A DNA stretch of 64,000 nucleotides, from the NCBI GenBank assembly GCA_947581815.1, contig CANPVX010000001.1, positions 31,644 to 95,643 of the forward strand, in the 5' to 3' direction. Positions 48,524-57,824 of the stretch are shown piece by piece; the first letter of the stretch is position 1; each line of letters starts with the position of its first letter. Under the pieces are notes generated by a model. That model saw nothing but the letters and a program-made list of their open reading frames with translations, made no database searches and was not told the origin of the DNA. The translations under genes and the position numbers were made by a program. The DNA is from Candidatus Indicimonas acetifermentans (lineage in GTDB: Bacteria; Gemmatimonadota; Gemmatimonadetes; Palauibacterales; KS3-K002).

Positions 48524-48701
48524 ATCGGGTCGAGTCCTGACCGCGATTCACGACCGCCGGCCTCCGCCTATGGCGTCATCCTGCCCGTCGACCGCCGGCA
48601 GCTGTGCGGATGGACAGTAGACGTACCGGTACCTGCCGCGGTATTGGAAACCGCCACTGGTTCGTCTAGCTCTATGTATCTAAACACGATGCGTCGCCGT
48701 C

Positions 48702-48777
48702 TGGAGCTGACGGCGGGAGTCGAACCCGCAACCTGCTGATTACAAATCAGCCGCTCTTCCGTTTGAGCTACGTCAGC
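48702..48777 (-). tRNA. tRNA-Thr (anticodon UGU), CCA encoded
   Basis: The minus strand reads GCTGACGTAGCTCAAACGGAAGAGCGGCTGATTTGTAATCAGCAGGTTGCGGGTTCGACTCCCGCCGTCAGCTCCA, which folds as a cloverleaf. Confidence 0.9.
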
Positions 48778-48794
48778 ACTTTACCAAGCCCGAT

Positions 48795-48823
48795 AGTATA
48801 AATGGAGCTAAGTGACGTGTCAA
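48795..48823 (-). promoter_or_regulatory. Near-consensus sigma70-type promoter for the tRNA-Thr / tRNA-Tyr / tuf transcription unit
   Basis: The minus strand reads TTGACA, a 17-nt spacer (cgtcacttagctccatt), then TATACT. The tRNA-Thr 5' end lies about 17 nt downstream. The -35 element overlaps the cysS stop codon. Confidence 0.6.
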
Positions 48824-50268
48824 GCGGGCTTAGCACGCTTCCACCGGCTCCCGCCGGGTGTGTCCTCGATCTCGATCCCGGCCCCCGCCAGCTCCTCCCG
48901 GATCGAGTCGGCCCGGGCGTAGTCGCCGTTCTCCCGGGCACGCGCACGCGCCGCAAGCCGATCCTCGATCCAGCCCCGCAGCTCGTCCGGCACCTCATCC
49001 ACTTCGCGCTCCGCGAGGTCCAGCACACCGAACACACTATCCATCGACTTGACGGCTTCCAGCGCCGCCGTCACCTCGGCCTCGGCCGCCACACCGGCGG
49101 CGCGATCGAGCTCCGCGTTGGCGTCGCGGACGAAGACGAAGAGGGCGCCCCAGCCTTCGGCCACATTGAGATCATCGTCCATCGCTTCCTCGAACGACTC
49201 GAGCGCGGCCCGAGCCAGCTCGGGCAGGCGGGTCGCGGGGAGGTCCGACGCCTGGCCGGGAGCGGCCTCCAGCCGGCGGCGCAGCTCCATCAAGCGCTCC
49301 ACCGAGCGGCCGGCGTCTTCGAGGCCTTCGAGTGTGAAGTTGAGCTCCGTCCTGTAGTGAGCCGAGACGAGGAGGCGGCGGATGACGGACGGCGGGTAGC
49401 CCTGGTCGATCAGATCCTGGATCGTGTAGAAGTTGCCCGCCGACTTCGACATCTTGGCGTTGTTGACGAGCAGGTGGCTGGCGTGCAGCCAGTAGCGCGC
49501 GAAAGGGCAACCGCAGGCCCCTTCGGACTGGGCGATCTCGTTGGTGTGGTGTGGGAAGATGAGGTCGACGCCGCCGGTGTGGATGTCGATAGTCTCACCC
49601 AACAGGGTCGTCGCCATGACCGAGCATTCCAAGTGCCAGCCAGGTCGGCCCGGACCCCAAGGCGAGTCCCATACGGCGACGTCGCCTTCCTCGGGCCGTT
49701 CCCCTCCCTTCCAGAGCACAAAATCCCGGGCATCCTGCTTTTCGTACGCTTCATCGCTGGACACGCGCATTCCGGCCCGGATCTCCGACTTGTCGAGCTG
49801 GGCGAGCCGGCCGTATTCGGGGAACTTCGAGATATCGAAGTAGACGGATCCATCCGCTTCATAGGCCAGCTGACGCGTGTGGAGCCGCTCGACCAGCTCG
49901 ATCATCTGAGGGATGTAATCGGTTGCCCGCGGGTATTGCTCGGCCGGTTTAAGGCCGAGGCGCTCCAGATCCTCGAAGAAGGCGGCTATGAATGGCTCTG
50001 TGAGGTCGTGGAGGCTGGTTCCGGCCTTCACCGCCTCCCTTATAGTGTTGTCGTCCACATCCGTGATGTTGCGGACGTGGGTAACCTGGTAGCCCTTCCA
50101 CGCAAGATATCGCCGCAGGATGTCGTCGAACAGGAAGGTGCGGAAGTTTCCGATATGAGGTCGTTCATATACGGTGGGGCCGCACGTATACATCCGAACG
50201 TGGCCCTCTTCGATGGAGGCAAAGTCCTCGAGGGTGCGGGTCAGTGTGTTGAAAAAGCGCAGCGCCAT
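48820..50268 (-). CDS. cysS: Cysteine--tRNA ligase
   Basis: The HIGH motif (PHIGNFRTF) and KMSKS (AKMSKSAGN); 482 aa. Confidence 0.95.
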   Translation of the reverse strand: MALRFFNTLTRTLEDFASIEEGHVRMYTCGPTVYERPHIGNFRTFLFDDILRRYLAWKGYQVTHVRNITDVDDNTIREAVKAGTSLHDLTEPFIAAFFEDLERLGLKPAEQYPRATDYIPQMIELVERLHTRQLAYEADGSVYFDISKFPEYGRLAQLDKSEIRAGMRVSSDEAYEKQDARDFVLWKGGERPEEGDVAVWDSPWGPGRPGWHLECSVMATTLLGETIDIHTGGVDLIFPHHTNEIAQSEGACGCPFARYWLHASHLLVNNAKMSKSAGNFYTIQDLIDQGYPPSVIRRLLVSAHYRTELNFTLEGLEDAGRSVERLMELRRRLEAAPGQASDLPATRLPELARAALESFEEAMDDDLNVAEGWGALFVFVRDANAELDRAAGVAAEAEVTAALEAVKSMDSVFGVLDLAEREVDEVPDELRGWIEDRLAARARARENGDYARADSIREELAGAGIEIEDTPGGSRWKRAKPA

Positions 50269-50286
50269 GTAGAGTCCGCTCGCCGG

Positions 50287-50997
50287 CTAGGCGCCTTCGG
50301 CGAAGGCCGCGGCGACAGCTTGGAACGCGGCGGCGGGATCTTTGGCAGCAGTGATCGAGCGGCCGACTACGATGTAGTCCGCCCCGGCCCGTGCCGCGGC
50401 TCCGGGGGTTGAATAGCGGCTCTGATCGCCTGGGTCATCGCCCGGGAGCCGGATGCCCGGAGTCACGACCAGCAGCGCATCTCCGTAGCTGCGTTTGATG
50501 GTCTTGACTTCGGTCGGGGATGCGACGACCCCCGGCAGCCCAGTCTCTGCGGCCAGACCCGCCAGGCGGACGACCTCGTCCACCAGCGACACGGGCGCGC
50601 GGCCGAAGACCTGCTCGACATCCTCTGAGTCGAGCGACGTCAGCAGAGTGACCGCGAAGACGTCGGGTCCGTTCGGGCCCGCCGCTTCTTGCGCCGCCTT
50701 CAGCATTTCCTTGCCGCCGCTGGCGTGGACTGTGACCATAGAAACGCGCTTCCTGGCCGCCGCCTTGATCGCACCCGCCACGGTATTGGGGATGTCGTGG
50801 AACTTGAGGTCGAGAAAGACTCGCTTGCCTCGCTTGTGGAGCTCGTCGAGCAACCCCGGGCCCGCCTCGGTGAACAGCTGCGCCCCCACCTTCAGAAAGG
50901 CTGCCTGATCGTCCAGCTTCTCAACCAGCTCCAGCGCCTTTTTCCTGCTTGGGACGTCCAGTGCTACGATGATCTTACTGCTTGCAGAATCGGACAT
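50287..50997 (-). CDS. pyrF: Orotidine-5'-phosphate decarboxylase
   Basis: IIVALDVPSRKKALELVEKL...FLDLKFHDIPNTV. Confidence 0.9.
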   Translation of the reverse strand: MSDSASSKIIVALDVPSRKKALELVEKLDDQAAFLKVGAQLFTEAGPGLLDELHKRGKRVFLDLKFHDIPNTVAGAIKAAARKRVSMVTVHASGGKEMLKAAQEAAGPNGPDVFAVTLLTSLDSEDVEQVFGRAPVSLVDEVVRLAGLAAETGLPGVVASPTEVKTIKRSYGDALLVVTPGIRLPGDDPGDQSRYSTPGAAARAGADYIVVGRSITAAKDPAAAFQAVAAAFAEGA

Positions 50998-51911
50998 CAG
51001 GCCTCCAGGGCCCCGATGAGTTCAGAGATCTCTCCAACGCCGTGCTTTTCGCAGAACTCCGAGATGCCGGCGACTACCTCTGGTGCCGTAAACGGGTCCA
51101 CGAACATAGCGGTTCCGATCTGAATCAGCGACGCTCCCGCCAGGAGGTACTGCAATGCATCTTTCGCGTTTCGCACACCGCCGATGCCGATGACCGGGAG
51201 ATCGACCCGGGTGGCCGCGACTCGCGTTGCGTAAACGCCCATCGGAAGGATGGCGGGCCCGCTGACGCCCCCCGTTTCATTGCCGATCACCGCCCGACGC
51301 GTATCGACATCGATCACCATTCCCGGGAAGGTGTTGATGGTGCTGAGGCCGTCGGCGCCGTTGGCCTCGCAGATCTCCGCGAAGACACCGATGTCGGGGA
51401 CGTTGGGCGTCAGTTTGATGATGAGCGGCCTCGAGGTCGATTCGCGCAACGCCTTCACGAGCACCGCGAGTGCCTTCTCATCGGTCCCGAACAGCGTGCC
51501 CCCCTTTACATTGGGGCAAGAGACGTTGATCTCATAACCCAGAAAGCCGACCTCCTCGTTTAGCCCCTCCACAACTCCGACGAAATCCTCGACGGTCCAG
51601 CCGGCGACGTTCACGAGGACCTGAGCGCTGCGAAGGTTCTCCTGGATCCAAGGCAGCTTCTCTCGCTTGAAACCTTCCAGGCCGACGTTTGCGAGACCTA
51701 TAGAGTTGATCATCCCCGCGGGTGTCTCGGTGATGCGCGTCGGCAGGTTGCCTCGACGGCGCTTCGGGGTCACCGCTTTAGTGACGATACCGCCGAGCGC
51801 GTCGACATCGATGACGCCGCTGTATTCCTGTCCGTACCCGCAGGTGCCGGAAGCGAGCAGGATGGGGTTTTGGAAGGTAGCGCCGAAGACCTGCAGCGAG
51901 AGGTCTACCAT
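50997..51911 (-). CDS. pyrD: Dihydroorotate dehydrogenase, class 1B catalytic subunit
   Basis: MVDLSLQVFGATFQNPILLASGTCGYG...NSIGLAN. The probable start is the ATG at 51909-51911, overlapping the pyrK stop; the track start at 52058 is over-extended. Confidence 0.85.
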   Translation of the reverse strand: MVDLSLQVFGATFQNPILLASGTCGYGQEYSGVIDVDALGGIVTKAVTPKRRRGNLPTRITETPAGMINSIGLANVGLEGFKREKLPWIQENLRSAQVLVNVAGWTVEDFVGVVEGLNEEVGFLGYEINVSCPNVKGGTLFGTDEKALAVLVKALRESTSRPLIIKLTPNVPDIGVFAEICEANGADGLSTINTFPGMVIDVDTRRAVIGNETGGVSGPAILPMGVYATRVAATRVDLPVIGIGGVRNAKDALQYLLAGASLIQIGTAMFVDPFTAPEVVAGISEFCEKHGVGEISELIGALEA

Positions 51912-52624
51912 GGCAGTTGCTCCGCCCGAAAAACCGGCCCTTCGATACAGGCCCGAGCGTAGCGCTGTTCGCCGGTTGTCGGATCGACCGTCTCGACGAT
52001 GCAGCCGATGCAGGTGCCCATGCCGCAGGCCATGTGCTCTTCGACAGCCAGCTGACACGCGGTTCCCGAATCCAAAGCCAGCTCTCTGACAGCCTTGAGC
52101 ATAGGCGTGGGGCCACAGGCGAGTACGAGGTCGATGTCGCCTAGCTCGAGCCCATCGGTGATCCGCCCCTTGCGGCCGAGGCTTCCGTCCTCAGTCCAGA
52201 TCTCGGCGTCGATACCCGTCAGCTCCCTGAGCTTCCCCGCGTCGAACACCGCCGCGGCGTCGCGCTCACCGTAAAGAACGTGAACCTCAGCATCAGGAAG
52301 CGCCTCTCGCGCCCAACGCGGCAGCAAGATGAAAGGTGCAAGGCCAACGCCGCCCGCCACGCATAACACTTTTCGCGGAGCTTGGCCCAGGTCGAATCCG
52401 ACGCCCAACGGGCCAAGCAGCAGCACCGAGTCACCCGCGTCGAGCTGCGCGAGGCGGCGTGAGCCCTCACCAAAGATGCGGATTAGTAGGCCGACGGAGC
52501 CGTCGATGGTGGCCGCAACGCTGTTCGGCCGGGGGAGGAAAGGCACCGCGTACCCTTCAGACCCATAGCCGACCATCATGAATTGACCCGGTATCGTCCG
52601 AGCGGCGATCTCGGGTGCTTCCAA
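51905..52624 (-). CDS. pyrK: Dihydroorotate dehydrogenase electron-transfer subunit (FAD / 2Fe-2S)
   Basis: A ferredoxin-reductase-like fold with a C-terminal CGMGTCIGC cluster motif. Confidence 0.8.
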   Translation of the reverse strand: MEAPEIAARTIPGQFMMVGYGSEGYAVPFLPRPNSVAATIDGSVGLLIRIFGEGSRRLAQLDAGDSVLLLGPLGVGFDLGQAPRKVLCVAGGVGLAPFILLPRWAREALPDAEVHVLYGERDAAAVFDAGKLRELTGIDAEIWTEDGSLGRKGRITDGLELGDIDLVLACGPTPMLKAVRELALDSGTACQLAVEEHMACGMGTCIGCIVETVDPTTGEQRYARACIEGPVFRAEQLPW

Positions 52625-52788
52625 CTCCAGCCAAAAAGTCTGCTCAGCTACCTGCTCTTTAGACGCGACCGGGCACCACGCCCGTACTGGATCACTCTGC
52701 CGTGTCGTGGCTATGTCGTTCTCCCTCGAAGCGCACGCGCCACTTTCATGTCACCGCGGTCCGGATACATGTACACTCCAAACCAACG

Positions 52789-54264
52789 CTAGGGCCGGTT
52801 CGACGCGCGGCGCGGGTCGCTGAGCACTCGATCCGCCTGGATTCGCAAGCTGTTCAACTGCTGCCGCAGTCCCTGCTCCAGTTCCTCGTACGTGAATCCT
52901 TCCGCTTTCGCCTCACCGACGAGCGCCTGAACGTAAGCGGAGCTCCAGTAGTTTTCCAAAAGCTGCCGCCTCAACTCTTCGGCAGGCGGCTCTATGGAAC
53001 TCGTGCCATTGGTGCCGCTCGAGTCCAGGTCCATGAGATCGAGAGCAGCGAGCAGCGCTTTAGGCGCCCAGAGCCCATCGGGCTGTTCCTCCACATACGT
53101 CAGATAGAGGTGCCGGGCCAGACCCAGCGACTCCAGGTCCTCCCAGGCGACTTCAGCGGCCGCCAGGTATCCGACCTCACCCCGCTCGACGAAATACTCG
53201 AGCCGGCGGATCAACTCGATCAGCTCGGCGACCGTGGCGATTCGAGTTCCGAAGTTAAGTTGGCGAGCATCGCGCAATACCGCGTACGCGTCCTCGAGGT
53301 CCGCGAGCGTGATAGCCCGTGCCAATTTCAAGTCAACCAACGCTAGGTAGGCGTCGACCGCCGTCCGCGATTGTGGGGCAATTTCCGCTGCCAGTCGATA
53401 ATCTCGTTCAGCGTCTACGATGCGTCCCACGTCCACATCGAGGTCGCCGCGCAGCTTCACGAATCTAGCAGTCATGCCCACAGACAGGCCTGCCACCTCC
53501 ACCTTCAGTAGGGCGACACGTCCCACCTCCGGATCCGCAGCGGCGACGTGCTGCACAGCTTGGTACAGCTCGTCCTCCTCGTCCCTCTCCAAGGTGAGCT
53601 TGAAGACCTGGGTCAGCTCGAACCCAGCCTCCTGGTAACGACCGGCCATCACGAGCTCGCGTGCCCTGGCGAGTCGAGGCGCGACCCACTCCCGATCGAT
53701 CGCCGACGATGCTCTGAAGTCATCATCGGCGCTGCTCAGCTGCCCTAGACCGATCCGCGCCAACCCTCGACTATAGAACAACGACGCATGGAGACGTTCA
53801 TTCCAGTCCTCCTCCAACGCCGCCGTCAGCAGTGAATCAGCCTGTGCGCTGTTCCCCAAGCGCACTTCCGCCATGCCCAGAAAGCCTGCCGCCTCGGCGC
53901 TATCGCGCGCCGAGTGCACCATCTCAAGCAGCTTCACACTTGCCTCAGCGGCTTCGGGCCACTCCTCTCGCAGCACTCGCGCATACGCGATCAGCCGCTG
54001 GGCGTCATCGGCCCAGCGGCTGTTAGGCTTGTTCTCAACCACCCGCTCCGCCTTCTCGATGCTCTCATCGAGCGTGGCGCGACCGGCCGCCTCGTTCCCG
54101 TGCTCGATCTCTCTACGCCCGCGCTCGAACAGCGCGTTCGCATTGTAAACGGAATTGAAATAGACACAGCCCGTAGCCGAAGCCGCCGCGGCTGCGACAA
54201 GGAAGATGTGGGCTTTAAGCGCCAGCCCGGGGGGTAGACCAGACCCGCTGACCATAACCTGCAA
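52789..54264 (-). CDS. TPR-repeat lipoprotein
   Basis: Signal peptide with a lipobox (..FLVAAAAASATGC) followed by many TPR-like repeats; 491 aa. Confidence 0.6.
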   Translation of the reverse strand: MQVMVSGSGLPPGLALKAHIFLVAAAAASATGCVYFNSVYNANALFERGRREIEHGNEAAGRATLDESIEKAERVVENKPNSRWADDAQRLIAYARVLREEWPEAAEASVKLLEMVHSARDSAEAAGFLGMAEVRLGNSAQADSLLTAALEEDWNERLHASLFYSRGLARIGLGQLSSADDDFRASSAIDREWVAPRLARARELVMAGRYQEAGFELTQVFKLTLERDEEDELYQAVQHVAAADPEVGRVALLKVEVAGLSVGMTARFVKLRGDLDVDVGRIVDAERDYRLAAEIAPQSRTAVDAYLALVDLKLARAITLADLEDAYAVLRDARQLNFGTRIATVAELIELIRRLEYFVERGEVGYLAAAEVAWEDLESLGLARHLYLTYVEEQPDGLWAPKALLAALDLMDLDSSGTNGTSSIEPPAEELRRQLLENYWSSAYVQALVGEAKAEGFTYEELEQGLRQQLNSLRIQADRVLSDPRRASNRP

Positions 54265-55486
54265 GATAATTCACAATTCCATCCGCCAAGGCATCTGCAA
54301 TCTTCGCCTGATAGGAGCCTGACCGCAACTGCTTTTCCTCGGAGGGATTGGAGAGATAACCGACCTCGACCAACGCCGCCGGCATGGAGGCACCAATGAG
54401 GACCCAAAAACCCGCCTGGCGCACGCCGAGATCAGGGGTTGGCAGGGTCACACCCATGCTGCGGTTGATAGACGAGGCGAAGAGGCTCGATTCTCGCAGA
54501 TTAGCGGTAGACTGAAGATCACTCAACATGAATTGCAGCGGGTCGAGTCCCGCGGCTTCGGCGTCATCGCCCTCGAACCGCAGCGAGGCGTTTTCGCGCA
54601 AGGCCACCTGTCTGGCCTCCTCCGTTTTGGCGACGGCGAGGAAATAGGTCTCGAAGCCGCGAGTAGAGTTAGGCTTCTTCGGCATCGAGTTTCCGTGGAT
54701 CGAGATGAACAGGTCGGGTGCCCGAGTGTAGCCTCGTATCTGGGGAATCCGCGGCCGATCGGCTAGAGCGACAAGGGTGTCGCGGCCGCGGGTCATGACA
54801 ACGACGACATCGGGTTCGCGCTCGAGCCTTTTCTCGAGCCGCTTGGCGATGGCGAGGGTCACGTTCTTCTCGGCGGTTCCATTGACGCCAACGGCGCCCG
54901 GATCCCGCCCGCCGTGTCCCGCATCGATCACGACCAGCCAGGGCTCGCGCCGATCCCTGCGCTCGACGTCAGCGGGTCGCTCGACGAGCCGGCCATCTAT
55001 GTTGCGCCAGCGGCGCGGCTGGGCCATGGGCAGCCATTCGAGGGCCCAGGTGACCGGCACCATGAGCTCAGGCCCGATTCTATAAGCTGGATTGGGTAAC
55101 TGGTGAATCGCGTCGCCGAAGGCGAAGAATGGAGAGCCGTCATGGAACCTGACCGTTGCGTTGTCCAGTAAGAGGGCGCCCTGGCTCCAACTGTAGCCCA
55201 GGGTCTCGGCCAGCTTCGCCGCCGACGCGGCCGGATAGCCGCGCTCGTCCACCACCCTCACAGAACGGGTCGTCCCGGCGCGAACGATGACCAGGTCAAG
55301 CGCCCTGTCTGCGGGCGCCGGTGCGGCAGCCAATCCAAACGCCAGCAGCGCAACAACCACGACGCTACCGTTTCTTGAGCGCACGCTCGACCTCACGATC
55401 CGCTTCCCGCCTCTTGATGTCTTCACGCTTGTCACGCTGCCGCTTACCGCGGGCCAGCGCCAACTTGATTTTGGCCACGCCTTCAC
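54215..55486 (-). CDS. N-acetylmuramoyl-L-alanine amidase (AmiC-like, amidase_3 domain with an N-terminal AMIN-like domain)
   Basis: VVIDAGHGGRDPGA...ISIHGNS. The start may be a GTG at 55384 or 55396 (a signal-peptide-like segment follows), overlapping smpB. Confidence 0.85.
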   Translation of the reverse strand: MKAWPKSSWRWPAVSGSVTSVKTSRGGKRIVRSSVRSRNGSVVVVALLAFGLAAAPAPADRALDLVIVRAGTTRSVRVVDERGYPAASAAKLAETLGYSWSQGALLLDNATVRFHDGSPFFAFGDAIHQLPNPAYRIGPELMVPVTWALEWLPMAQPRRWRNIDGRLVERPADVERRDRREPWLVVIDAGHGGRDPGAVGVNGTAEKNVTLAIAKRLEKRLEREPDVVVVMTRGRDTLVALADRPRIPQIRGYTRAPDLFISIHGNSMPKKPNSTRGFETYFLAVAKTEEARQVALRENASLRFEGDDAEAAGLDPLQFMLSDLQSTANLRESSLFASSINRSMGVTLPTPDLGVRQAGFWVLIGASMPAALVEVGYLSNPSEEKQLRSGSYQAKIADALADGIVNYLAGYGQRVWSTPRAGA

Positions 55487-55823
55487 GGAAGTAAACCTCG
55501 AGCGGGATCAAGGTGAAGCCCGCGCTCTCTGCTTTCCCGAATATGCGCTTGATCTCCCTTCGGTGGAGCAGAAGCTTGCGCCGGCGCTTGAAGTCGTGAG
55601 CCGCCGGGCCTGCCGGACCATAGGGACCGATGTGCATGTTGTACAGCCACACCTCCCCATGCTCGACTCGCGCAAAGGAGTCTGAGATGTTCGCGTTGCC
55701 ATCGCGGAGAGACTTGACCTCACTGCCTATCAGCACCAACCCGGCCTCGAGACTTTCAACGATGTGAAACTCGTGCAACGCCTTGCGATTCCGGGCGACA
55801 ACCTTCGTAGCGTCTTGCGACAT
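55365..55823 (-). CDS. smpB: SsrA-binding protein SmpB
   Basis: VARNRKALHEFHIVESLEAGLVLIGSEVKSLRDGNANISDSFARV. Confidence 0.95.
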   Translation of the reverse strand: MSQDATKVVARNRKALHEFHIVESLEAGLVLIGSEVKSLRDGNANISDSFARVEHGEVWLYNMHIGPYGPAGPAAHDFKRRRKLLLHRREIKRIFGKAESAGFTLIPLEVYFREGVAKIKLALARGKRQRDKREDIKRREADREVERALKKR

Positions 55824-55891
55824 GGGAAAACGAGTGGCGGGCCAGGGGGTGCGTTATAATCGGCAGAACGGGGAGCCCACGCAAGTCGCGC

Positions 55892-56866
55892 TCATTCCAG
55901 CACTTCCATTTGCAGGCGTCGCACCCGCCGTAGCTCGTGCACCTGAGCGACCTCGGCGCCGAGCACGAACGCTACGCTTAGGTAGTAGACCCAAATGACC
56001 ACGATGATGAGAGTGGCGAGCCCGCCGTACACTGAGGAGTAGTCGGCGAAGCGGGTCAAGTAGACGCTGAATCCGAGTTTCAGCAGCTCCCAGCAGATCG
56101 CGGTGAAGGTGGCGGCTGTGAGGGCCATACGCCAAGGCACGCGGCGAGCGGGTAGGAACTTATAAACGAGGAGGAACAGAACGAATATGAAGACGAGCGA
56201 CGCCACGGCCGCGTAGATCGTTTCGAGGATGCCCACGCTGGTCGGCGACAGACCGAGAAAACGGAAACCCCTCGCTTTGCCGAGATTGACCGAGATCGTG
56301 ACCCCTATGTTGAGGATGAAAAGCACGCTCGACACCAGTACCATCTCGGCGTCGAAGATCTTGCCTTGAATGAGGCCTCGGCTCTGCCGGAGGTCGAGAA
56401 TCTCGCGCAAGACGGCGCGAAGAGATCCGAACAGTCGAGTCGAGAACCACGTGAACGCCACGAAACTGATGAGCCCGATAGCCTGGCCGCGAGTCACAAC
56501 CCACTCGATCACCTCCTCGGGGAGGTTGCGCTCCGGTAGGGTTGCAAAGTCGGAGGACAGGACCGGTACGATCACATCGAGGTAATGGCGCAGCTGGTCG
56601 ATCGGCTCTATGCCACTGGCTTGCGCCGCCGCCGCCAGAGTGAGGCTGGCCAGCGCCACGATGATGAGCAAGAAAGGGATAGCAGCGACGAGTATGCTGA
56701 AGGTGAGACCGCTGGCGAGGACGAAGATATTGTCATCGACCGACTTCTCGAAGACGCGAACCGAGTACTCTCTGAGCGCGTCCCAGAGTTCGGACGCCAA
56801 CCGGCCCGCCACCGCCACTCCCCGCGATATACGAGAGGAGAGCGGCGCTTCGGGCGTGGAGCTCAA
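55892..56866 (-). CDS. YihY/BrkB family inner-membrane protein
   Basis: A polytopic membrane protein with the ...FVLASGLTFSILVAAIPFLLI... signature. Confidence 0.7.
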   Translation of the reverse strand: MSSTPEAPLSSRISRGVAVAGRLASELWDALREYSVRVFEKSVDDNIFVLASGLTFSILVAAIPFLLIIVALASLTLAAAAQASGIEPIDQLRHYLDVIVPVLSSDFATLPERNLPEEVIEWVVTRGQAIGLISFVAFTWFSTRLFGSLRAVLREILDLRQSRGLIQGKIFDAEMVLVSSVLFILNIGVTISVNLGKARGFRFLGLSPTSVGILETIYAAVASLVFIFVLFLLVYKFLPARRVPWRMALTAATFTAICWELLKLGFSVYLTRFADYSSVYGGLATLIIVVIWVYYLSVAFVLGAEVAQVHELRRVRRLQMEVLE

Positions 56867-56908
56867 GATGGGCGCTAGTTTAGGATGCTACGCGCGATCT
56901 TCAAGCCG

Positions 56909-57334
56909 TCAGCTGGCGGAAACTTCGTCGCCGTCGTCCGGTTTCGCGGAGATCCGTTCCTCGAACTCGCTTCGGGCGGCGCGAGCCGCGTTCTTACCGG
57001 CCTCGAAAGCCTGCTGCGCCTTGGTGCGACCTTCGTCCACGGAGCGCTTGGCAGTTTTTAGTTTCCCCCCGAGCTGCTCCCGCCCCTGATCGAGGGCTTC
57101 ATGCAGCGACTCCTGAAGCTCGCCTGCCTTCTCTTCGGCGCGCTTGCGGAGGCGCTGCGCTCGCTCCTTGAGCTCGCGCTGCGTCTCTACTCCAGACTTG
57201 GGCGCCAGGAGAAGAGCCGCGGCGGCACCCATCAGCGCACCCCAGACGAAGGGAATCAAACCGGAACCGCTTCGCTCAATCACGATGTAAGGGACGTCGT
57301 CGTCGTGGTCACGCATCTTCCTATCCTTTTGCAT
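56909..57334 (-). CDS. YtxH-like (DUF948) membrane-anchored coiled-coil protein
   Basis: GLIPFVWGALMGAAAALLLAP followed by a long charged helical region. Confidence 0.55.
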   Translation of the reverse strand: MQKDRKMRDHDDDVPYIVIERSGSGLIPFVWGALMGAAAALLLAPKSGVETQRELKERAQRLRKRAEEKAGELQESLHEALDQGREQLGGKLKTAKRSVDEGRTKAQQAFEAGKNAARAARSEFEERISAKPDDGDEVSAS

Positions 57335-57358
57335 GTCGTGGGCCTATGCGCCCAACCG

Positions 57359-57706
57359 TCAATCATCTCGCAACGCGAGTCGGAGATCCTCCAAATTCAC
57401 GGGCCGCGGGAGCACGACGCGGCCGCCGTCATCCGCACCCGGCACGCGGCGCTCAGCGCCGACTTTCAATTCGATCATCATCATCGTATTGCCCGCTGCT
57501 GCCTCCTCCAGTCGAAAGCCAGCGTCCCCGATGCTCTCCGCATCGTAGACGATAGCGTCGGGTCCGAACTCCCGCAGGCGCTCGAGCGCCTCAGCCGAAC
57601 CGGCCGCCCGCACATCGTGCCCTTCGCTCTCCAGCAGTCTCGCGAGGGCATCCCGCGCGACACCTTGCCTGTCGATGATTAAGATTCGCCGGCGGGACAT
57701 GATCAC
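57359..57706 (-). CDS. Stand-alone receiver (REC) domain protein with degenerate active-site residues
   Basis: RILIIDRQGVARDAL...AIVYD...; the conserved acidic pair and Lys positions are altered (DRQ, LPRPV). Confidence 0.55.
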   Translation of the reverse strand: MIMSRRRILIIDRQGVARDALARLLESEGHDVRAAGSAEALERLREFGPDAIVYDAESIGDAGFRLEEAAAGNTMMMIELKVGAERRVPGADDGGRVVLPRPVNLEDLRLALRDD

Positions 57707-57824
57707 CTATCCTTGCAGCGAGCGGCTGGGGAGACTCTATCACCGCAAGACGGGAAAGATACTCGCGTTCCGATTGGAGCACAACGCTCTGCACGGGCAG
57801 GAACACGCCCAGAAGCCCGGCGCG

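Noticed and set aside
48434-48701. Expected additional tRNAs (tRNA-Gly or a second tRNA-Thr as in the enterobacterial thrU-tyrU-glyT-thrT-tufB arrangement) and a tRNA-Trp between tuf and rpmG
   Set aside because: No T-arm-like GGTTCGA / TCGAACC motif with matching acceptor stems was found in the 268-bp spacer or the 19-bp tuf-rpmG gap. The spacer is occupied by the C-rich tandem repeat.
55365-55486. The 122-bp overlap between the amidase N-terminus and smpB
   Set aside because: It is probably an artefact of the over-extended ORF-track start. Internal GTG codons at 55384 and 55396 give a signal-peptide-like N-terminus with only a 20-32 bp overlap.
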